Positions 57,707-64,000 of a stretch of 64,000 bases of DNA are shown in pieces. A program made the translations under genes and the position numbers. Each line of letters begins with the position of its first letter. The first letter of the stretch is position 1. Origin of the DNA: Nitrospirota bacterium (lineage in GTDB: Bacteria; Nitrospirota; Nitrospiria; Nitrospirales; NS-4); the NCBI GenBank assembly GCA_963788195.1, contig CAWBGA010000017.1, positions 160,001 to 224,000 on the forward strand, given 5' to 3'. The notes below the pieces were generated by a model. That model was not told where the DNA came from. It saw nothing but the letters and a program-made list of their open reading frames with translations, and made no database searches.

Positions 57707-59101
57707 TTAGATATTCTGCATGAAGTGCGCCACGTCGGCTTGATTCACATCGCGTCCCATGATCGCCGATTCGGGGACTGCGCTCGACTTCTTGCCGGTC
57801 AGGCCGCCCATGACTTCGTCCGTGATCATTTCCACCGGCATGGACATACCGCCATACACATGTGGTCCCGCCACGATCTTGGCATCGGAATATCCATAAA
57901 TCGCCGCGGCGACATCTTTAGCCAGCCAACCCACATAATTGAATTCAGGAATCACGATCAGCTTCGCTTTCTTCAGCAACTCGCGCAGTTCCGGTATCGG
58001 GAACGGCCGCAGAGAGCGGATCTTAATGAATCCGACGTTGATTCCCTGTTCTTTGCAGAGTCGCACCGCCTCACGGGATTGCGCCGCCGCGCTCCCTGAC
58101 GCGACGATCACGGCTTCGGCGCCTTCCACATTCTCGGCCGTCAATAAGCCGCCCATATAATAGTCGATATACCGCCGCGACCGCTCCACCCCAGCCCATA
58201 CCTCTTGCTGCCATACGGCATGGATGTTGTACGCCATAAAGTTGCTCTTCTGAACCGGCGCGTCACGAGAAAGACGAGCCGGGGGATTCTCGGCGTCGAG
58301 CACCGGGACTGAGCCCTTCCAGGCTTCACGGGCAGGTAATTTGATGCCCTTCTCCTGCATGTCCACATAGCTGCGGGCGTGTGTCACGAAGAAGCCGTCA
58401 CAGGCGACACCGACAGGAAGGGTCACATCGTTTTTCTCGCTGATGGTGAACCCCTTCATGATGAAATCAAAGAGGTCCTGTTGGTTTTCGGCGTGAAACA
58501 CGATCATGCCGCAGTTGAGCAGGTAGGCGACTTCAATATTGTCCGGCTGAATGGCGAGCGGGGCGTTCACGACCCGACAGGTAAACATGCAGACAGCCGG
58601 CAATCGGTGCCCGGGCCACGAGACAATCGGTTCCAGTCCTCTCAGGGTGCCAGGCCCGGCGGTCGCCGTAAAGCATCGGACCCCCGCCCGGGAGCCCCCT
58701 GCGATGGCGGACATCACGCCGTATTCCTCCTCACCGCGATAGAATTCCTTGACATAGCCCTCGCCATAAAGGACACCGATAAGCTGCATGGTTTCGCTCT
58801 GTGGCGTGATCGGGTACGCTATCGACAAGTCAACATTCGATCGCCTCACGGCTTCCTTGGCCGCTTCGCTGCCGGTAATAAATTCGCGCTTTCGCGGCGC
58901 CTCAAAATACATATAGTCCGGGGAGACAACCCGCTGCTTTTTCGCTGCCTCCTGGGGATCCTTCGAGCCGCCTCCGACTTTGATCGGCGCTGCGGAGGTA
59001 ATAGGATCGCCCTGCGGATTGGTTTTTTGTTCCGGTTCAAGGACCGAAATGGGATCGCCTTGAGGGTTTGTCTTTACGTCGGGTTCGAGAGGGTTGCTCA
59101 T
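57707..59101 (-). CDS. forA: 2-oxoglutarate:ferredoxin oxidoreductase alpha subunit
   Basis: AYPITPQSE and TATAGPG; five-subunit operon upstream of aclBA. OGOR rather than POR is inferred from context. Confidence 0.85.
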   Translation of the reverse strand: MSNPLEPDVKTNPQGDPISVLEPEQKTNPQGDPITSAAPIKVGGGSKDPQEAAKKQRVVSPDYMYFEAPRKREFITGSEAAKEAVRRSNVDLSIAYPITPQSETMQLIGVLYGEGYVKEFYRGEEEYGVMSAIAGGSRAGVRCFTATAGPGTLRGLEPIVSWPGHRLPAVCMFTCRVVNAPLAIQPDNIEVAYLLNCGMIVFHAENQQDLFDFIMKGFTISEKNDVTLPVGVACDGFFVTHARSYVDMQEKGIKLPAREAWKGSVPVLDAENPPARLSRDAPVQKSNFMAYNIHAVWQQEVWAGVERSRRYIDYYMGGLLTAENVEGAEAVIVASGSAAAQSREAVRLCKEQGINVGFIKIRSLRPFPIPELRELLKKAKLIVIPEFNYVGWLAKDVAAAIYGYSDAKIVAGPHVYGGMSMPVEMITDEVMGGLTGKKSSAVPESAIMGRDVNQADVAHFMQNI

Positions 59102-59134
59102 TGTCGCCTCCTGGCAGTCATTCAAGGTCGTCTA

Positions 59135-59894
59135 TCAGTGGGGCATCTGCCCTTCAGGGGGCATGTGAACGCCGGCGGGCGGAGCCCCGGGTCTAAATTG
59201 CAAGGGATCGACATGGGTCTGGTTATCATTGACCCGGCTTTGCAGGCCCGTATACCGAACAGTTTTCCCGTCCTTCGGAAGTTTAATCCCAAGCTCTTCA
59301 CGGATCCGTTTCGTGATCTGTGCCACCTTACGGAGCTTGACTGCATCCATGTCATGGACGCTCAGCATCGCATCCTCGTGACCCTGCTCGGCACATAACG
59401 CCCCCGTGCAGCAGTTCGTGCCGGCCCGAATCATTTTGAGCGTGAGATTCGCGTAGTGACAGTGCACGCCGACGAAGAAGCAGGCCTCAATCTTGTTGCC
59501 CCATATGGTGAGGTTCGGGTGGTTGGGATTGATGACTTCCTCGGGATCCACCTTGGGATACTTCGGCCGGTAATCGGGCATCGGAATGATTAAGACATTC
59601 GGAATCTGCGCGGCGATTTCGAGCACGGCGAGCGCCTTTTCAACAGCATGCTCATTCCATGCCCACAGCACCATCGGACCTGGGAAGATGGTGGCATTCG
59701 GCATGGTGAGCATCTTTCTGGCGAGCTCTTCCAAGGACCAGATCCTCAGGCACATGATGGCCATACGCGATGCCGACGCCATTCTTCGGCAACGACACAC
59801 CCAACTGGCATGCAGAAGGCGGCATGAAGCCGGCGGGCCCTGGAACAATGATACGATCTTTTTCCGCGGGGAGAGTACTCATTACCGTGGCCAT
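59135..59894 (-). CDS. forD: 2-oxoglutarate:ferredoxin oxidoreductase delta subunit (indel near 59740)
   Basis: IVPGPAGFMPPSA, FPGPMVLWAWN, MPDYRPKYPK and GVHCHYAN. Confidence 0.8.
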
Positions 59895-59906
59895 AGCGCG
59901 CCTCCT

Positions 59907-60230
59907 TTATGCGACTTCAACGGGGGCCGCGATAGCCTTCGTACCTTTATCAAGGTACGTGATCCGATCGGTGATGGCAGCAGCAGGCAACTGATCGATC
60001 ATCACCATCTTGATTGCATGATGCTTGGCCATGTTATCACACACCCACACGCACTGCGCGCATCCCTTGCAGCGGTCCACGGCGACATAGGCGGTGCCGT
60101 ACTTAAACCCTTTGTCCTTGCCCGCGTTGTCATCGTAAAGAATCGTATTCGCTTCGGGACAATACTGCGTGCACAGGCGACAACTCGTCGCAGCGCAAAT
60201 ATCAAGACTAATATCGGCAACAAGATACAT
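59907..60230 (-). CDS. forE: 2-oxoglutarate:ferredoxin oxidoreductase epsilon (ferredoxin-like) subunit
   Basis: CAATSCRLCTQYCP and CKGCAQCVWVC. Confidence 0.82.
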   Translation of the reverse strand: MYLVADISLDICAATSCRLCTQYCPEANTILYDDNAGKDKGFKYGTAYVAVDRCKGCAQCVWVCDNMAKHHAIKMVMIDQLPAAAITDRITYLDKGTKAIAAPVEVA

Positions 60231-60247
60231 TCGTATCTCCTTCTAGG

Positions 60248-61004
60248 TCAGCGTGACGCTTGGGCGGCGGCCAGGTCGTCGGCTTTCTGTGTGGCTTCCA
60301 GATCATCAGCCTTTTTGGCCGCGGCTCTTTCGTCCACGCCCCATCCATGCTCTTCAGCGTAGTCCCATCCGGCCTTGATCACCGCCACGTTCTTGTCAAT
60401 CAGTTCTTGTTTCTGTTTAAACTTTCGTTCCACAACACTATCCAATGCCGCCGTGCCGCCTGATACGACGAAGCCCTTTCCCAGAAACCGGTCTTTCACG
60501 GCCTCCCCTAGACGCATCGAGCGTCGTCAAACGGGTAATGGCTCCGATCGCACCCATCAGCGCCATGTTGGTGGCAAGATCCAGACCGGCCACTTTCAAA
60601 GATAGCTGAGTTGCGGGGATGTAGTAGAGCTTTGCGTTTCGTTCCTTGAGTTCGTTCGTTTCTTGAGGCGGTAATTTCATCGGGCCGTCATGGTTTATCA
60701 GCAGCACGCCGTTCTGCTTTAGCCCGAAATAGAACGGCATGGTGTACGACTTTCCATGCGTGATAACCTGCGGATGGAAAATAATGCAGATATGCGGGAA
60801 CGTGATCTCGCCGATTTCGTAAATCGGCTCATCCGAAACCCGCACGTAACTCTCCACCGGCGCCATCCGTTTTTCAGATCCATAGAAAGGGACGATCGTG
60901 CTCTCTCCGCCGGCCCTGATGACGGCCGTGCTGAGAATGTGCGAGCCTGTCACTACCCCTTGTCCACCAACCCCGGCCATCCGAATGTTAAAGCGCTTTG
61001 CCAT
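60248..61004 (-). CDS. forC: 2-oxoglutarate:ferredoxin oxidoreductase gamma subunit (indel near 60510)
   Basis: AGVGGQGVVT, PFYGSEKRMAPV and NMALMGA. Confidence 0.83.
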
Positions 61005-61033
61005 CAGTCACCTCCCTGATCGCGTTGCTACGC

Positions 61034-61924
61034 TTACGTGAGGGCCGGCGCCGCGGCCGGCTTCGGCAGATACTCTTTATAGCCGTACCGCGCGACCAAA
61101 TACTCCTTGGCTTCGTCGCTGACGTACTCTTCGAACTTGTAGCGATCGTTTTCGACTGTCTTTGCGTCTTCCATGACTTTATCGGTAGGAATGGAGTACT
61201 CGATGTTACAGGAGGTGTAGGCTTGAATGTAGGTCGGCCCGATTTCTCGTGCGATGAGAATGGCTTTCTTGATCACGCTCTCGACCCGTCGCGGATTGTT
61301 CGGAACCACCGTGGCAACATACGCGCAGCCGGCGAGCTTAGCCATGCCGAGCATATCCATTTTCTCGAACTTCTTGCCGAGCGGAGCCATTTTCAGGACC
61401 TGGCCCTTATTTGTCATCCCGCTTTCCTGGCCGCCGGTGTTTCCGTACACCTCATTGTCGAGCATGATTGTCGTGAAGCGTTCCTTGCGGAACCAGGAAT
61501 GCAGCGTCATGCTAAACCCAATATCGGCCATACCACCATCGCCGGCCATGACGACGACATCTTTAGGCTTGTCGCCAAACCGCAGGCGCAAGCCGCGGCT
61601 CAGACCGCTCGCAACGGCATTCTGGTCGCCATAATTGCCGTACACGAAAGGTACAGCCGCCTGAGAAATGGCCAAGCGGCCGCATCCCGCCGTGCCGACT
61701 GTGATCGTATCTTCGGGGTTCGGAAACGAGATCATTGCCAGCCGAATAAATAGCGTCATCGCACACCCTGCACACATAGGGTGCTCTTCCAGAATTTCCT
61801 TGAATGACCCCATCTGCGAAACAGTGGTTTTCTTCCCAAAGGGACCATGCTCAACCATGTCCCGATATTCCTTCGGCATGAATTTGTCGAATCCCGGAGA
61901 AAACTTGACATAATCGAGACTCAT
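61034..61924 (-). CDS. forB: 2-oxoglutarate:ferredoxin oxidoreductase beta subunit (TPP-binding)
   Basis: CAGC, TAGC, GDGG..DIG and DNEVYGNTGGQES. Confidence 0.88.
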   Translation of the reverse strand: MSLDYVKFSPGFDKFMPKEYRDMVEHGPFGKKTTVSQMGSFKEILEEHPMCAGCAMTLFIRLAMISFPNPEDTITVGTAGCGRLAISQAAVPFVYGNYGDQNAVASGLSRGLRLRFGDKPKDVVVMAGDGGMADIGFSMTLHSWFRKERFTTIMLDNEVYGNTGGQESGMTNKGQVLKMAPLGKKFEKMDMLGMAKLAGCAYVATVVPNNPRRVESVIKKAILIAREIGPTYIQAYTSCNIEYSIPTDKVMEDAKTVENDRYKFEEYVSDEAKEYLVARYGYKEYLPKPAAAPALT

Positions 61925-62018
61925 GGGATGCCCTCCTTACCGTCTAAATAGCTTCGTTGTCGACGACGACTGTTGGGTGAAATTTACTGGTGTTACAATG
62001 GATTAGTCCGGTTTTGTG

Positions 62019-62048
62019 AATGTAATCCAACCCCCTAAGATTTGTCAA
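62019..62048 (-). promoter_or_regulatory. Putative sigma70 promoter for the for operon
   Basis: TTGACA-18 nt-TACATT on the minus strand, in an AT-rich intergenic region. Confidence 0.5.
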
Positions 62049-62408
62049 TTGCAAAAATTAGGAATGCAAAAGCACCACACTGCAGAATAGGTTAAAGCCT
62101 GAAGAGAATGCAATCAATCAGAAGACCTACAGCGCGCCCTTGGATGGCCTAAACAGTTCGGGCACATAGGTCTTTTGATCCATCTCCATAACTCACGGAA
62201 ATGTAACTTAAATCAGGGATTGTGTGTTATCTTTTGTGTATATCGCCCATCAATATGGCAGTTTCGCTTGCGGTGAGGAGGTTGCTTCCCTATAATTGCT
62301 TTGTTTTCTTCACGTAATGCCTGCGGGAGACAGCCCTCGTGCCTCCCTTGGATTAGCGATCGACACGGAAAACACTCAGGAATTTCTCGTCACCGGACAG
62401 ATAGATTG

Positions 62409-63977
62409 ATGTATATCAAAGCCATTACCACCGAAGTCATGGACACTGTGAAACCTATCGCAGCGGACATGATGCTGAACCTCTCCCGACGGTATAAGCA
62501 TTGTCGGTATGCTGATCTCCGGTTGGAAATCGTTGAAGAGAAGCGTGCGGGCGCAGAGAACGGCACACCGAAGTTCACACGTGAAGAATCCCGGTTGGCT
62601 TTTGGGGTCCGGGTCTTGGCAGGAGAGCAAATGGTGGCGCCAGGTTATTTCGGACAAATTCTGGGGCGAGGAGATCTCAAGGACTTGCCCGCGACGATTT
62701 TCAGCGGCGTGAAGCATGCGCATGACCGCGCCATTGCCAATGCCCACGAGAAGTCCCAAGTACGCGCGAAGTTCAAAGAGTTAGCCGCATCTCTTTCAGA
62801 CACGCGTCTTGCTCCAACAGAAGCCCACAAAGACACGGTCAAAGCCGAGTTTGCCATAGACCCCCGCTCGGTTCGTGTCGACGACATGATCCGGTATGTG
62901 ACAGATATATCTAAAGCAGTTCAGGATGTGGCGGATATCAAGTACAACGCTATCAGCGCAGTCACTCGACTGAACCGGGAGCTGTTTACCAACTCTGAAG
63001 GGGCCTGCATCGATCAATCATTCGCGCTCACCGAGGGCTCGTCCTACGTTGTCGCGATTACCGAGAACGGCGACCAAGAACTGTACGACGCATTCGGCCA
63101 CCAACGCGGGTGGGAAGTCGTCATAGAGGGCATTATCGAGGAGCATCTTCGCAATCTCGATCTCCTCACATTCTCGACAAACCTCGCGCGGGACGCGGTG
63201 AAGCTGGCGAACTCTCCGCCCGTCCGCAGCTCCCCCAAGGAAGTGGTCGTCGTCACTGATCCGCATTTCAACACGCTCAAATCTCATGAGATCATTGGCC
63301 ATGCCGCGGAATTGGACCGCGCGCTCAAAATGGAGACCGCATACGCAGGCCGGAGCTGGCTGCTTCGGACGTTGGATGATACCCAAATTGGTAAACCGAT
63401 CGCCTCGCCGCTCGTGACCGCGTACTCAGACCCCTCTCTGCCGGGGTTCGGACACTACAAATACGACCACGAAGGCACTCCGGGACGCAAAGTCGTCCAT
63501 ATCGATAAAGGTATCTTCAAGGGGTTCATGAACAGCCGGCAGACGGCGTCAGTCATGGGAACGATCCCCAACGGTTCGTATATGGCCACCGTCGCTGGTT
63601 TTGTGCCCCTGATTCGGATGTCCAATACGGTATTCGCCCCAGGACGCTCGAATCCCCAGGACATTATCCGAGAAGTAGACAAGGGCTATTATTTAGTAGG
63701 GCATCGTATTCCGTCCATCGCCGAATCACGTGAGAATTTCCGGATCTCAGCTCAAAAGGTGTATGAGATCAACAAAGGTCAGATCGGCCAACTGTATCGA
63801 GGGGGCGGAATTATGGCCGATACCAAGGATTATCTGATGAAAGTTGATGCCGTCGGCCGGGATTTCCGCCTGTATCCTATTCCCACCTGCGGAAAGGGCC
63901 AGCCTATGCAGACGCGCCGACTCGGCAATGGTGGCCCCACGATGCGAAGCCGCGCTCGCTTGACCGGGCTTCAATAA
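62409..63977 (+). CDS. tldD: TldD/PmbA-family metalloprotease (TldD-like)
   Basis: HEIIGH metal motif, YDHEG, RMSNT and CGKGQP. Start uncertain. Confidence 0.88.
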   Translation: MYIKAITTEVMDTVKPIAADMMLNLSRRYKHCRYADLRLEIVEEKRAGAENGTPKFTREESRLAFGVRVLAGEQMVAPGYFGQILGRGDLKDLPATIFSGVKHAHDRAIANAHEKSQVRAKFKELAASLSDTRLAPTEAHKDTVKAEFAIDPRSVRVDDMIRYVTDISKAVQDVADIKYNAISAVTRLNRELFTNSEGACIDQSFALTEGSSYVVAITENGDQELYDAFGHQRGWEVVIEGIIEEHLRNLDLLTFSTNLARDAVKLANSPPVRSSPKEVVVVTDPHFNTLKSHEIIGHAAELDRALKMETAYAGRSWLLRTLDDTQIGKPIASPLVTAYSDPSLPGFGHYKYDHEGTPGRKVVHIDKGIFKGFMNSRQTASVMGTIPNGSYMATVAGFVPLIRMSNTVFAPGRSNPQDIIREVDKGYYLVGHRIPSIAESRENFRISAQKVYEINKGQIGQLYRGGGIMADTKDYLMKVDAVGRDFRLYPIPTCGKGQPMQTRRLGNGGPTMRSRARLTGLQ

Positions 63978-64000
63978 GGCCCTCCCCATGGTCAGCCTGC

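Overview
Bacterial chromosome segment, most likely from a Nitrospira-like (Nitrospirota) organism. This is inferred from the right-hand cluster of reductive TCA cycle genes on the minus strand: five-subunit 2-oxoacid:ferredoxin oxidoreductase (for), aclBA, aconitase, monomeric idh, soluble frdBA and sucCD. The middle holds housekeeping genes (fabH, bamD, system II cytochrome c maturation, metK, ahcY). The left ~26 kb is accessory. It carries an apparent lipid/N-acyl-amino-acid biosynthetic cluster: two FeeM-like acyltransferase-cNMP fusion paralogs, a ThiF enzyme, a separate nitroreductase, a glycosyltransferase, an acyl-CoA ligase, a reductase, a VAO/PCMH flavoprotein and a tripartite ABC exporter whose ATPase carries a His-less HPt-like domain. 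Also notable are a densely base-paired, terminator-ended intergenic region at 39.2-39.75 kb (candidate novel ncRNA), an HPPA-ending uORF before a CzcC-like gene, and a small acidic microprotein after sucD. Many single-base indels, including in essential genes, split or fuse ORFs and are most likely sequencing or assembly errors. No rRNA, tRNA, CRISPR array or transposase was recognised. All calls are by eye; no database search was run.
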